NCBI GenBank assembly: GCA_030765605.1
Contig: JAVCCG010000061.1
Coordinates: forward strand, 1-42,415
DNA length: 42,415 bases
Reading direction: 5' to 3'
DNA from: Candidatus Alcyoniella australis
Lineage (GTDB): Bacteria; Lernaellota; Lernaellaia; JAVCCG01; Alcyoniellaceae
The notes under the pieces are model-generated. The model saw nothing but the letters and a program-made list of their open reading frames with translations, was not told where the DNA came from and made no database searches. Below, one piece after another: positions 15,390-25,751 of the stretch. Each line of letters opens with the position of its first letter. Positions within the stretch are counted from its first letter, which is position 1. The position numbers and the translations under genes are program-made.

Positions 15390-16733
15390 ATGCGCTACAT
15401 ACCCCATACCGAGCAAGACGTACGGTCGATGCTCGACGCCATCGGCGTCGACGGGATCGAACGACTTTTCGAGGCGATCCCCAAACAGGTCCGCCAGAGC
15501 GCCGGGCTGAACCTGCCCGAGCCGCTGGACGAACAGCAACTGGTCGGACTGCTCACCGAGCTGGCCGATCGCAACAGCTCGATGGACGAGCTGAGCTGCT
15601 TTTTGGGCGCGGGGGTCTACGACCACCACGTGCCCACGGCCATCGATCAACTGCTGCTGCGCGGGGAGTTCTTCACCGCCTACACGCCCTACCAGCCCGA
15701 GGCGGCCCAGGGCACGTTGCAGGCGATCTACGAGTATCAGACCATGGTCTGCGAGCTGACCGGCATGGACGTGGCCAACGCCTCGCTCTACGACGGGGCC
15801 AGCGCACTGGCCGAGGGCGTGCTGATGGCGGCGCGCCGCAACCGCAAGACCAAGCGTACGATCATCTCGCGCGCGGTCCATCCGGAATATCGCCAGACGG
15901 TTCAGACCTACGCCCAACATCAGGATATCGAGTTTGCGAGCCTACCCTTTGGTCCCGACGGCCGCGCCGACCTGGCGCAGCTCGAGCAGCTGCTCGAGGA
16001 TCCGGCGGCCGGCGTGGTGATCCAGCAGCCCAACGCCCTGGGCGTAATCGAGCCGCTGGACCGCATCGCGGCGTTGATCAACGGCCGGGCGCGGCTGATC
16101 GTCTGCGTGGTCGAACCGCTGAGCCTGGGTCTGCTCGAGGCGCCGGGCAAGCTGGGCGCGGACATCGTGCTCGGCGAAGGCGCGAGCTTCGGCCTCGCCC
16201 CTGGGTTCGGCGGACCGCATCTGGGATTCTTCGCCGTGCGCCAATCCGACGTGCGCGCGATGCCCGGTCGGCTGTGCGGCGCCACGTTCGACAGCGAGGG
16301 CAACCGTGGCTACGTGCTGACCTTGGCCACGCGCGAGCAGCACATCCGCCGCGAGAAAGCCACGAGCAACATCTGCACCAACCAGGCGCTGTGCGCGCTG
16401 GCAATGACGATCTACCTCACGCTGCTGGGGCCCGCTGGCCTGCAGTGCCTGGCGCAGATCAACTACTCCAAAGCCGAGCACGCCAAGTCCGCGCTCTCCG
16501 CGGTCAAGGGCTGCTCGCTGCCGTTCGCCGCGCCGACGTTCAACGAGTTCGTGCTGCGCACGCCGCATCCCGCCCAGCGGGTCGAAGCTGCCCTGCGGCA
16601 GGAGGGAATTCTCGGAGGGCTGCCGCTCGAGCGCTGGTACCCCGAATTTGAGAACTGCCTGCTGGTGGCCGCAACGGAAAAAGTCAGCGCCGAGGAGATC
16701 AGCCGCTATGTCCAAGTCCTCAACCAGTTGTGA
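15390..16733 (+). CDS. gcvPA: Glycine dehydrogenase (decarboxylating) subunit 1
   Basis: MRYIPHTEQDVRSMLDAIGV... is the typical split P-protein alpha subunit. 447 aa. Confidence 0.9.
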   Translation: MRYIPHTEQDVRSMLDAIGVDGIERLFEAIPKQVRQSAGLNLPEPLDEQQLVGLLTELADRNSSMDELSCFLGAGVYDHHVPTAIDQLLLRGEFFTAYTPYQPEAAQGTLQAIYEYQTMVCELTGMDVANASLYDGASALAEGVLMAARRNRKTKRTIISRAVHPEYRQTVQTYAQHQDIEFASLPFGPDGRADLAQLEQLLEDPAAGVVIQQPNALGVIEPLDRIAALINGRARLIVCVVEPLSLGLLEAPGKLGADIVLGEGASFGLAPGFGGPHLGFFAVRQSDVRAMPGRLCGATFDSEGNRGYVLTLATREQHIRREKATSNICTNQALCALAMTIYLTLLGPAGLQCLAQINYSKAEHAKSALSAVKGCSLPFAAPTFNEFVLRTPHPAQRVEAALRQEGILGGLPLERWYPEFENCLLVAATEKVSAEEISRYVQVLNQL

Positions 16734-18231
16734 GCTTCCGGCCGGGTTTCCCGGCACGGTCGGTCTAAAATTTAACGAGCCGCTGATCTTCGAGCGCTCG
16801 GTCCCCGGACGTATCGGCCACAGCCTGCCGGCCCTCGACGTTCCGACCGCCAACCCGGCGCTGTACGTCGAGCCCGAGCTGCTGCGCGGCGAGGCTCCGG
16901 CCCTGCCCGAGGTCAGCGAGATTGACGCGGTGCGTCACTTCCACCGCCTCTCGGGCTGGAACTACGCGGTGGACAGCGGGATGTACCCGCTGGGCTCGTG
17001 CACGATGAAGTACAACCCGCGCGTCAACGAGGCGACCTCGCGTCTGCCGGGCCTGGCCCGGCTCCACCCGCTGCAACCGGTCCAGACCGCGCAGGGCGCG
17101 CTATCGCTGATGCACGAACTTTCGTCGATGTTGGCCGAGATCAGCGGCATGCACGCGGTGACGCTGCAGCCCGCGGCCGGAGCCCACGGCGAATTCAGCG
17201 GCCTGTTGATGATCCGCGCCTATCACACCAGCCGCGGCAACCCGCGCAGCAAGGTGTTGATTCCCGATTCGGCCCACGGCACCAATCCGGCCAGCGCCGC
17301 GCTGTGCAACTACAAACCGATCGAGCTCAAGTCCGGCCCCGATGGACTGCTCGACCCGTATACCGTGGCCGCTGCGATGGACGAAGAGGTCGCCGCGCTG
17401 ATGATCACCAACCCCAACACCCTGGGGCTGTTCGAGCGCAACATCCTCGAGATCGCCAAGATCGTCCACGACAAGGGCGGGCTGATCTACTGCGACGGCG
17501 CCAACCTCAACGCCTTGATGGGCGCGGCCAAGCCCGCGCACTTCGGCGCGGATGTGCTGCACTTCAACCTGCACAAGACCTTCAGCACGCCCCACGGCGG
17601 CGGCGGACCGGGTTCGGGCCCGGTGGGCGTGGTCGAGGCGCTCGAGCCGTTCCTGCCCTCGCCCGTGGTCGTCAAGTCCCAGCGCGACGGTGCGGATTAT
17701 TACGAGCTGGATTACGACCGGCCGCAGAGCGTCGGACGGGTCAAAGCGTTTTACGGCAACTTCCTGGTGATGGTCCGCGCCTACACTTACATCCGCGAGC
17801 TCGGCGGCGAGGGCCTGACCCGCTCGACGCAGATGGCGGTGCTCAACGCCAACTACGTCAAGGAACGGCTCAAGGAAGTTTTTAGCGTGGCGCACGACGC
17901 GACCTGCATGCACGAGTGCGTGTTCTCCGAGCAAAGCCTGGTCGAGCACGGCTGCCACACCATGGACCTGGCCAAACGCCTGATCGATTACGGCTATCAT
18001 CCGCCCACGGTCTATTTCCCCTTGATCGTCAAAGGCGCGATCATGATCGAGCCCACCGAGAGCGAGAGCGTCGAGTCGCTGGAGCAGTTCATCGAGGCGA
18101 TGCTGGCGATCCAACGCGAGGCGCAGACCGACCCCGAGTTGCTGCACAGTGCACCGCACTGCACGCGACTGGGTCGCCTCGATGAGGTGCGCGCGGTCAA
18201 GGATCTCGACGTGCGTTGGACCAAACGCTGA
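16708..18231 (+). CDS. gcvPB: Glycine dehydrogenase (decarboxylating) subunit 2 (PLP-binding)
   Basis: LIFERSVPGRIGHSLP...HFNLHKTFSTPHGGGGPG (the PLP-lysine region). ATG at 16708 overlaps the gcvPA stop by 26 nt. Confidence 0.9.
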   Translation: MSKSSTSCELPAGFPGTVGLKFNEPLIFERSVPGRIGHSLPALDVPTANPALYVEPELLRGEAPALPEVSEIDAVRHFHRLSGWNYAVDSGMYPLGSCTMKYNPRVNEATSRLPGLARLHPLQPVQTAQGALSLMHELSSMLAEISGMHAVTLQPAAGAHGEFSGLLMIRAYHTSRGNPRSKVLIPDSAHGTNPASAALCNYKPIELKSGPDGLLDPYTVAAAMDEEVAALMITNPNTLGLFERNILEIAKIVHDKGGLIYCDGANLNALMGAAKPAHFGADVLHFNLHKTFSTPHGGGGPGSGPVGVVEALEPFLPSPVVVKSQRDGADYYELDYDRPQSVGRVKAFYGNFLVMVRAYTYIRELGGEGLTRSTQMAVLNANYVKERLKEVFSVAHDATCMHECVFSEQSLVEHGCHTMDLAKRLIDYGYHPPTVYFPLIVKGAIMIEPTESESVESLEQFIEAMLAIQREAQTDPELLHSAPHCTRLGRLDEVRAVKDLDVRWTKR

Positions 18232-19868
18232 CCGGTTTCGTTTTCACGGCCGAGCACTGGGCCTGCGCCTTGAGCGCATTTATCTGGATCAGCGGCACGA
18301 CCGCGCTGCTCATCACACTGCTTAACAGGACCGACGCGCGCGAACGGCGCTCGGCGTTCTTCGGGCTGCTGCTGATCTGCGCGGCGGCCTACGTCCTGCG
18401 CCTGGCCGTGATCCCGCCCTGGATCTACGAGCCCTCCGGCGACGAGGAGCGGATGATCTTCGGCCCGTTCCTCGGCCAATGGCAGGTGTCCGCGCTGCCG
18501 CAGTCCAGCGGCCTGGCCGCCGACGTCTGGGCCTGGGCCTTTGGCGCGCCGCTACGGATGATGGGGATCGCTGCCGGCCCGCGCACCCTGCCCTGGATCA
18601 ACCAGGTCGCCACCCTGCCCGCCCTGCTGCTGCTGGGCCTGGCCTGCCACCTGATGACCGACCGCCGCTCCATGGCCTGGATCTGCACCGCGGCCGCCGC
18701 CATCAGCCCGCAGCTGATGTTCTGGTCGACCAGCGCCTACGACCTGGCCCCGGCGATCCCGGCCCTGGCGGCCTGGCTGCTGTGCCTGACCGTGCTGCTC
18801 GATCAACGCCGCACCCGGCGGTCGGCGATTCTGGCCGCAATCAGCGCCGCGGGCTGCTGCGTGTGGCTGGTGCTGTGCCGCGTGGAGCTGTGGCTGCCGG
18901 TCTGCGCGCTCCCCGCGACCCTGATCCTCGCCGCATTATTCATCCGCGAACAGCGGGCCCGCCGTTTGGCCGCGGCCGCGCTGTGCATCGTCTGTCTGGC
19001 GCTGGCCGTGCTGCTGCTCTCCTCAGCCACCGAGGCACGCACCGGGACCAAGGTCTTTGCCCTGGATCAGCTGCTGCTCAATTTCGACGCCAGCCGCTGG
19101 CTCAACTCGCCCTTTGGCGGCCTGGTCCCGCTGTTCCTGTCGGCCGCGGGCTATTTGGGCATCCGCAAGCTCGGGCCGTTCCCGGTCCGTTCGGCGCTGA
19201 TCGCCTCCTCGGTCGCGGGGTTGGCCCTGTGGGCGGTCTGCCTGGCGTACGACGGCTTTGCCTCCAAGTACGCGGTCTGGACCGTGCTGCTGCTCGCGCC
19301 GCTGTGGTCCGTGGCCATGTCCTGGCCCGCGCAGATCGCGCAACGCAAGGTCCCGGCCGTCGCGCTGACGCTGCTGATCGTCACCCTTGTGGCCCTGCCG
19401 CCGCTGTTGCGCTGGGGTAGCGACGTGCGCGTCACGGCCGACTCGTTCCACGGCCATGTGCATACCAGCGACATGCTCGAAATCCCGCAGGAAGTGTTGC
19501 TCAAGCAGCTCGAGGGACAGTTGGTCTTTGCCTCGCCCGGGCTGCACGACCCCCTGCGCGAGGCCGGACTGCTTGCTGACGGGATGCTGTTCGAGGCGAT
19601 GCAGCTGGTGGGGCCGCGCCGCCTGGAGCCCGAGCGCTTGCTGCGCATCGGCGAAGAGGGGAACGCCCTGCGGCTGGTCGCGCCCTACGATCACAAGCTG
19701 ACCGCCATCGGCTGGTACGACCGGCTCTACCGCGAGCGCGCACTGTTTAACATGCGGCCCGTGGCCCGCGGCGAGCTGCTGGGGCAGCCGGTGCTGCTCT
19801 ATCGACTGGAGCTGCGCCCCGGCGCGCGCCGGGCCCTGAGCTACTCGCGGTTTAAAATCGAGATCTAG
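18216..19868 (+). CDS. Polytopic membrane protein (hypothetical). The start overlaps the gcvPB stop.
   Basis: About ten hydrophobic helices plus a C-terminal soluble region. No family was recognised. The start is uncertain. Confidence 0.4.
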   Translation: MDQTLTGFVFTAEHWACALSAFIWISGTTALLITLLNRTDARERRSAFFGLLLICAAAYVLRLAVIPPWIYEPSGDEERMIFGPFLGQWQVSALPQSSGLAADVWAWAFGAPLRMMGIAAGPRTLPWINQVATLPALLLLGLACHLMTDRRSMAWICTAAAAISPQLMFWSTSAYDLAPAIPALAAWLLCLTVLLDQRRTRRSAILAAISAAGCCVWLVLCRVELWLPVCALPATLILAALFIREQRARRLAAAALCIVCLALAVLLLSSATEARTGTKVFALDQLLLNFDASRWLNSPFGGLVPLFLSAAGYLGIRKLGPFPVRSALIASSVAGLALWAVCLAYDGFASKYAVWTVLLLAPLWSVAMSWPAQIAQRKVPAVALTLLIVTLVALPPLLRWGSDVRVTADSFHGHVHTSDMLEIPQEVLLKQLEGQLVFASPGLHDPLREAGLLADGMLFEAMQLVGPRRLEPERLLRIGEEGNALRLVAPYDHKLTAIGWYDRLYRERALFNMRPVARGELLGQPVLLYRLELRPGARRALSYSRFKIEI

Positions 19869-19869
19869 C

Positions 19870-19886
19870 CCGGCTTAGAGCCGGCA
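19870..19886. terminator. Short hairpin CCGGCT-tag-AGCCGG between convergent genes. Candidate bidirectional terminator.
   Basis: Seen in the sequence at 19870-19886. 6-bp stem, 3-nt loop. Weak T-tract. Confidence 0.25.
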
Positions 19887-19941
19887 CAAGGCTCGCGCAG
19901 AACGATCATCATTGAACAACAATCCACCCCGCGACCCAAAC

Positions 19942-22900
19942 CTAGCCGCAACAACCTGAGTCGTCGTCATCGTCGCCGTCCGAGGCGTCGTCGTCGTCAT
20001 CGTCGCCGGGTAAATCCGATACCGCGTTGGAGATGCGGCTTAAGTTCCCCTCATCGTCAGCGACACGCAGTGCCACGTGCAGCACGCCGGGGTCGGGCAC
20101 GATAAAGCTCTCGATTGATCCCGGCGGCTGAGGCGCTGCTCCGAACTCAAAGGCCTCTGCCGCGGCAAACTGTTCGACCTGCTCCAGATCGGCCGCGGGA
20201 TCGCGCGAGATGCGCACGTCATAGGACTGTGCCTGACCGCAGGTCCAATCATCTCCCGGCGCGGTGAAGGTCAGCTTGAGCCGCCTATCGCCGAGCCGTT
20301 CGAGCTGCAAGTCGGTGACGCGCGCGGGCGGCAGCGCGTCCAGGCCGTAGTATCCGCTGTTGTGCGGATCGTGGTGAAAGCGCGGCCAGTCGGCGTTCTG
20401 CTCGCCGTCAATGCAGGACGCGGCCCCGGTCTCCCAGGCGTAGAGCCAGCCCTCGTAGGTCGGCAGCAGCACCTCGAGCAGGCCATCGGCGTCGATGTCC
20501 GCGATCGCAGCGCTGCCCGTGATCCATTTCTGCGTGTACTTGGGCCAGCCCGGCGGCTGGATGCCGTCCACCGAGAACGCGTGCGCCAGGTAGCCGCTGG
20601 TCCCCAGCACCAGCTCGCGCGTGCCGTCCGCGTTGAGGTCGGCCGCGGCCGGGCTGTTGAACATCGGAAGGTCCTCCAGCTCCTCGATCAGCAGCCGCTC
20701 GTGGGGCGGGTCAACGTCGTTGGCCGCCAGCTTGGAGTTGATCAGGTTGAACCCCTCCTCGCCGATCTGCAGCACGGACAGCAGCGGGATCGAGTATTGC
20801 AGCCAGCCGTCGTTGTACAGCGAGGTGAACGCGCCGTGGGCGATGGAGGTCAGGCTGAGGCCGGTGGGCATGTACATCTCGTGGATCTTTTCGCCCGAGT
20901 AGTGCATCACCGCCGGGAACCAGCCCGGCGTGCCCAGGCCGATCCAGGCCTCGCCGTTGCCCAAGGCGATCACCGGCGAGGAGACGCCGCCCGCTGCGAA
21001 CGGCAGCGGGATCGCATCGCCCAGGGGCGCTGCGGGCGCGGCCGGCCAGTCGGGCAGAAACGTTCCCGCGGGATTGGCCCAGCCGTCGTGGTAGATCGCG
21101 TAGGCGCGGGTGGTGGCCAGCAGCCCCTCCTCGCAAATCTCGGTGGTCGCCACCACCACGGACGGATATTCGGACACGTCCGGATTCGCGTTCAGCGGAT
21201 CGAGCACACCCGCCGCCGGCGTGCTGCAAATCTGAGACGGCAGGCCGCTCCCCTCGCAGATCCGCTCGTCGCGCACGATCCCCTCGTCGCTGCGGCAGAG
21301 CACGGGCCAGCCGTAGAGCGGGTCGACCTGGCCGTTACCGTCCTGGTCCAGCGGCTTCCAAGCGTAGGCCTTCTGGTCGTTGGACGCGACCACGATCTCG
21401 AGCACGCCGTCGAGGTCGAGGTCAACGAGCACCGGCGAGCCGTAGACGCCGTTACCATGGCCAAAGGCGAGCGAGCTGGAGTTGTCCGGCGCATCGGTCT
21501 GCACCGGAAACCCGGGCAGGATCGGCGAGGGCTGGTGCAGGTTGCCGTCAGCGTGAATTGCAAACACCCGGCCCAGGGCCGTGGCGGCCACGATCTCGGG
21601 CTCGCCGTCGCCGAACAGATCGCCGATGGCCACCGAGCCGATGATCCCGTCGCTGCGCCATTGGTCGTAGCTCGAGAGGTCCACGGGGAAGCCCGCAAGC
21701 TCGGACCAGCCGGAGCCGTCAACGTCGCGGGTCAGAACGTGGACCAGGCCGTCGCCCGTGCCCATCACGATCTCGGGCAGGCCGTCGGCCGCGCCGTCGA
21801 GGTCGTAGACAATGGGCGAGAACCCGGGGGAGGCGCCGAAGTAGTACGGGAAGCCGGCGGCCAGGCCGTTCACCGGATCGTCGTCCACGTGGACCGAGAT
21901 CGACTTGCGCGCCTCGCCGCGCACCTGTTCGTCGATCCCGGCCTCGTACCACGCGCGCACGCGCAGCGAGACCTCGAAATCGTAGCGCGACTGGGGCACT
22001 CCGCGCATCTGGTCGGGCGGAAAGAGTTGGGCGATGGGCACCTGGGCAATCAGGCCCTCGATCCGCTCGTCGGACGTGCCCTGGAACACGGTCTGGTACT
22101 CATTGTCCAGCGGCTGCTTGCCGCGGGCCAGCTGCACCTCGTAGGAGAACGGATAGACCCGGGCGTCGATCTCGCCCTCGAGCTCGAAGGTCGCGCTCGC
22201 CGCGGTATCGAAGGTCTCCCACCAGCGCGGATAGGTGATGCGCACCTCGGGCGGAATGCGCGGCTCGATCCCGCGTTGCTCGTCGCCGAGCATCAGCAGC
22301 GCACGCTCGAGGTCCGGCCGGCCGTAGCCGAAGTGCTCGTCCCAGCCGGGCTGGCAGACGTTGAGCAGCGAGGCCACGGATGCGCAGTGGCTCTCGATAT
22401 CGTCCGCCGACTGGATCAGCAGCTGGAACAGCTCACCCGCGCTGAGCTCGATCCCCTGCTCCAACGCGTAGCTCTTGATCAGGGCCATGGCGCCGGTGGT
22501 GGTGCCCGTAGCGTCGGAGGTGCAGGCGGTGTCGGCGGGCACTGCCACGTGGGCGTGGGTGCCGAAGTTGGTGCAATAGGTCTCGACAAAGCCGAACGAT
22601 CCGAGGTTGAAGATCCCCACCAGGTCCACCGGGATGATCGGGAACAGCGCAGTGACCGCCACCACGTCCTCCATCGCGGCCGGAGCCCAATGGTGCATGC
22701 TCATCTCGTCGCCCTGGGGTGCGGCGATCAGCACCCCGGCGTCGTAGGCCTCCATCACCGCCCGATGCGCTTGGTCCGAATAGTTCAGGGCCACGCCGGA
22801 ATGGTTGATCACGTCCGCGCCCATCGACACCGCGTAACGCACGCCCGCGGCGAACAGGTCGTAGTTGTAGATCACCGCGTCGCCAACCCGCACCTGCATC

Positions 22901-23910
22901 ACGCGGCAGTCGGGGCAGACTCCGGGCCGATTGCCGATGCCGTTGTTGCCGCGCGCCGCGGCCAGCTCGCACATCCCGTGGCCGTGGGCCCCCTCGGGGA
23001 AGTCGTCGACCCCGAGCACCTCGTTGGTGTTGCGGAAGAAGTCCCAGCCGCTGATGTCGTCGACCAAGCCGTTTTTATCGTCGTCAACGCCGTCGGAGAA
23101 CTCGGCCAGTAGATCGCCGACGTTGATCGCGCGGTCCAGCGGCTCCACGCGCGGATCGTCGGCATAGTCGTCCACGTCAAAGCGGCCGTCGCCGTTGCAG
23201 TCGTAGTCCGCGCAGACGCCCGACGCGGTCTGCGGCAGGGGCAGCTCGCCGGAGTTGATGAACAGCGCGATGCGCAGGTCCTCGTCCTCGTAATGCTTAA
23301 GTCCGTCGTCGACCACCGCCACCAGCACATCGGGGCTGCCGGTGCTGTACTTCCAGGCGCCGGTGACGTTGATCCCCGGAATCATCCACGGCCCCTCGAC
23401 AGCAGACTCGGGCTCGATCGGGTTGAAGCCCATCAGCACGCTGGTCTCGGTGAACATTGCGAACGGATCGCCCGGATCGTAGATCGGGATCTCGAAGTCG
23501 TTGGGGATGTTGCACACGAACAATGCGCCGAAGGGGTACGCGCCGTCGAATGGATCGCCGGACGCGGAGTGCAGAGCGTTGCCCACGTGCAGCTCGATCC
23601 GCTCGCCCCAGGGCCAGGCCGCACTCGGCGTGAAGACCACTGTGTCGTTGGCGTGCACAATGCTGCTTAGTACCAGCGAGCCGGCCAGGTGCGCATCATC
23701 GCCACCCAGCGCAACGAAGAACGTCGAATCGCCCAGCGTGGCCCCTTCCAGGGAGTCGGAGAAGCGTACTGACAGCGGCGTGTCGCCCTGAACCAGCTTG
23801 CTCTGGAAGGTCGGAAACTGATCGACAATCGACAGCGCCGCGGCGCCCGAGGCGGCCAGCGCGATCGAACACAGCGCGACGAAAAGAACGGCAATCGTAC
23901 GTGACGTCAT
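19942..23910 (-). CDS. Large secreted protein (1322 aa): S8 subtilase-like peptidase domain plus FG-GAP/integrin-alpha-like beta-propeller repeats. Acidic C-terminal tail ending SGCCG.
   Basis: Signal peptide MTSRTIAVLFVALCSIALAASGAAA from the ATG at 23910. Subtilase D/H/S blocks: VAVVDDGL, HGHGMCELAAARGNNGIGNRPGVCP, ACTSDATGTTTGAMALIKS (aligns to GTSMASPHVAG). Repeated D-x-D/N-x-DG-x-x-E motifs (DLDLDGVLEIVV, DLNADGTRELVL, DIDADGLLEVLL) are FG-GAP-like. The C-terminus is DLPGDDDDDDASDGDDDDDSGCCG. Confidence 0.7.
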   Translation of the reverse strand: MTSRTIAVLFVALCSIALAASGAAALSIVDQFPTFQSKLVQGDTPLSVRFSDSLEGATLGDSTFFVALGGDDAHLAGSLVLSSIVHANDTVVFTPSAAWPWGERIELHVGNALHSASGDPFDGAYPFGALFVCNIPNDFEIPIYDPGDPFAMFTETSVLMGFNPIEPESAVEGPWMIPGINVTGAWKYSTGSPDVLVAVVDDGLKHYEDEDLRIALFINSGELPLPQTASGVCADYDCNGDGRFDVDDYADDPRVEPLDRAINVGDLLAEFSDGVDDDKNGLVDDISGWDFFRNTNEVLGVDDFPEGAHGHGMCELAAARGNNGIGNRPGVCPDCRVMQVRVGDAVIYNYDLFAAGVRYAVSMGADVINHSGVALNYSDQAHRAVMEAYDAGVLIAAPQGDEMSMHHWAPAAMEDVVAVTALFPIIPVDLVGIFNLGSFGFVETYCTNFGTHAHVAVPADTACTSDATGTTTGAMALIKSYALEQGIELSAGELFQLLIQSADDIESHCASVASLLNVCQPGWDEHFGYGRPDLERALLMLGDEQRGIEPRIPPEVRITYPRWWETFDTAASATFELEGEIDARVYPFSYEVQLARGKQPLDNEYQTVFQGTSDERIEGLIAQVPIAQLFPPDQMRGVPQSRYDFEVSLRVRAWYEAGIDEQVRGEARKSISVHVDDDPVNGLAAGFPYYFGASPGFSPIVYDLDGAADGLPEIVMGTGDGLVHVLTRDVDGSGWSELAGFPVDLSSYDQWRSDGIIGSVAIGDLFGDGEPEIVAATALGRVFAIHADGNLHQPSPILPGFPVQTDAPDNSSSLAFGHGNGVYGSPVLVDLDLDGVLEIVVASNDQKAYAWKPLDQDGNGQVDPLYGWPVLCRSDEGIVRDERICEGSGLPSQICSTPAAGVLDPLNANPDVSEYPSVVVATTEICEEGLLATTRAYAIYHDGWANPAGTFLPDWPAAPAAPLGDAIPLPFAAGGVSSPVIALGNGEAWIGLGTPGWFPAVMHYSGEKIHEMYMPTGLSLTSIAHGAFTSLYNDGWLQYSIPLLSVLQIGEEGFNLINSKLAANDVDPPHERLLIEELEDLPMFNSPAAADLNADGTRELVLGTSGYLAHAFSVDGIQPPGWPKYTQKWITGSAAIADIDADGLLEVLLPTYEGWLYAWETGAASCIDGEQNADWPRFHHDPHNSGYYGLDALPPARVTDLQLERLGDRRLKLTFTAPGDDWTCGQAQSYDVRISRDPAADLEQVEQFAAAEAFEFGAAPQPPGSIESFIVPDPGVLHVALRVADDEGNLSRISNAVSDLPGDDDDDDASDGDDDDDSGCCG

Positions 23911-24052
23911 CGTGAGCACTCCGGTCGTAATGTGGCAGGCGAGCCTATCCAAGCGGCATTTAGCCTGGATTATTTATCAAGTTTCGTCAAATATTGCGGT
24001 AGCTGAATTTGACCGCTGAACAAATCGGGAATCCACGATATGATTTAAGATC

Positions 24053-25714
24053 ATGAGCCCCAAACTATCACCACGCGAGGAGCTGATTCGGATTCAGCGC
24101 ATGCTGGTCGAGCGCTACCGCGACGACATCGAGCGCACCCTCGAGGACAGCTCGGGCCTGCTCAAGGTCTATCAGCAGGAGCACGACGCCGAGGTCGAGA
24201 GCTACGAGCGGATCTCGGGCAAGGCCGAGCTGATCTCCGAGGTGATCAACGCCGGATTGGTCTACGTCGGCGACTTTCACAGCCTGCGCGCCAGCCAAAC
24301 CACGTTCCTCAAGTTGATCCGGGAAACCGTGCGCATCCGGCCGAAAATCTGCCTGGCGCTCGAGGCGTTCAACGCCTCGGACCAGCACCACCTCGACGCC
24401 TATCTCAAACGCCGGATCAAATTTACGACACTGTTGCGGCGCGTGGACTTCGACCGCACCTGGGGCTTCGGCGCGGACGTCTACGAGTCGATCCTCGGCC
24501 TGGCGCGCGAACGCGGACTGCCCGTGGTCGGCATCAACCACAAGGTCGGCGGCAGGCACGCGCTGGTTAAACGCGACGAGGGCGCGGCGCGAATAATCGC
24601 ACGGCTGAGCAGTGAGCATCCGGAGCACATCGTCTTCGTGCTCGACGGCGAACTGCACGTGGCCGACTGCCATTTGCCCTCCAGGGTGCGCGCGCTGCTC
24701 GCGTCCCAGGGGATCGAACGCCGACGGCTGATCCTCTATCAGAACCCGGAGCAGATCTACTGGCTGATCGCCGAGCGCAAACTCGAACAGGTTGCCGACG
24801 TGGTGCGGCTCGCTGATTACCGCTACGCGCTTTTAAGCTCCACGCCGCTGGTGATGTACCAAAGCTACCTCAACTGGCTCTACGACCAACAGGAGCTGGT
24901 GCAAGGCACGCATCCGGGCTGGACCGACGGAGACAGCGTGGACTACAACTCGCAGGTTCACGATCTGGTGCAGATCATCGCCGAGTTCCTGGGAATCACC
25001 GAGGTCGCGTTGGACAACTTCAGCGTCTACTGCGTTTCGGACCTCGACTTCCTTGAGAGCATGATCAGCGAGGGATTCAACCGTGAGCAGATCGCGCAGA
25101 TCAAGCAACAGATCCTCAAACGCGAGAGCTATTTCATCGTCGGCCGCAACATCATCTACCTCGCCTCGCTGAGCGTTGACCACGCGGCCGAGGAGTCCAC
25201 GCACTACATCAACGCGCGTTGCGCCGGGCTCGATCAACGCGAACACAGCGCGCGCGAGGACTTCTACCAGCGCGTGATGCGCGAGGCCCTGGGATTTTTC
25301 GGCAGCATGGTGATCAATCCCAAACGCCAGTTTTACGACATCGACGACTTCACCGAGATGCTCAGCACGCGCGCCGAACCGACCGAGGAGCGCAACCGCG
25401 AGCTGTACCGCATCAGCCGCTACGTGCTGTTGCACAAGGAGTACGAGCGCGAATATTTGGCGGGCAGACGCCGTGCCACCAAGCGCTACAGCGCAATCTG
25501 GTCCCAGCCGTTCGACATCCACCTGGGCACGGCCCACGGCCTGGGCTACATGCTCGGGGAGCGAATGTTCCAATCCGTGGGCTGGGGGATCATCGAGCGT
25601 TCCGAGGTCAAGCGACTGTTCTTTGACGATTTCAAACGCCGCGGCAGCGCCCAACGCGCGTACATGGACCTGGTGGCGCGCCTGATCGACGCACCCTCCG
25701 CCCGCACGTTTTAA
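24053..25714 (+). CDS. ChaN-like (Tiki/TraB/GumN superfamily, Cofac_haem_bdg-type) N-terminal domain protein with an uncharacterised C-terminal half
   Basis: The pattern VYVGDFHSLRASQTTFLKLIRE...ICLALEAF...LDAYL...GLPVVGINH matches the ChaN/PF04187 layout (GEQH...ALEMF...A.N). Family assignment is from memory, not a search. Confidence 0.45.
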   Translation: MSPKLSPREELIRIQRMLVERYRDDIERTLEDSSGLLKVYQQEHDAEVESYERISGKAELISEVINAGLVYVGDFHSLRASQTTFLKLIRETVRIRPKICLALEAFNASDQHHLDAYLKRRIKFTTLLRRVDFDRTWGFGADVYESILGLARERGLPVVGINHKVGGRHALVKRDEGAARIIARLSSEHPEHIVFVLDGELHVADCHLPSRVRALLASQGIERRRLILYQNPEQIYWLIAERKLEQVADVVRLADYRYALLSSTPLVMYQSYLNWLYDQQELVQGTHPGWTDGDSVDYNSQVHDLVQIIAEFLGITEVALDNFSVYCVSDLDFLESMISEGFNREQIAQIKQQILKRESYFIVGRNIIYLASLSVDHAAEESTHYINARCAGLDQREHSAREDFYQRVMREALGFFGSMVINPKRQFYDIDDFTEMLSTRAEPTEERNRELYRISRYVLLHKEYEREYLAGRRRATKRYSAIWSQPFDIHLGTAHGLGYMLGERMFQSVGWGIIERSEVKRLFFDDFKRRGSAQRAYMDLVARLIDAPSARTF

Positions 25715-25751
25715 AGCGTCGGGATGTGAGCCGGTCGGGCAGGTCTCACCT

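Noticed and set aside
25715-25751. Terminator hairpin between the convergent ChaN-like and lipA genes
   Set aside because: Only a 5-bp GTGAG/CTCAC stem with a 14-nt loop. Too weak to report.
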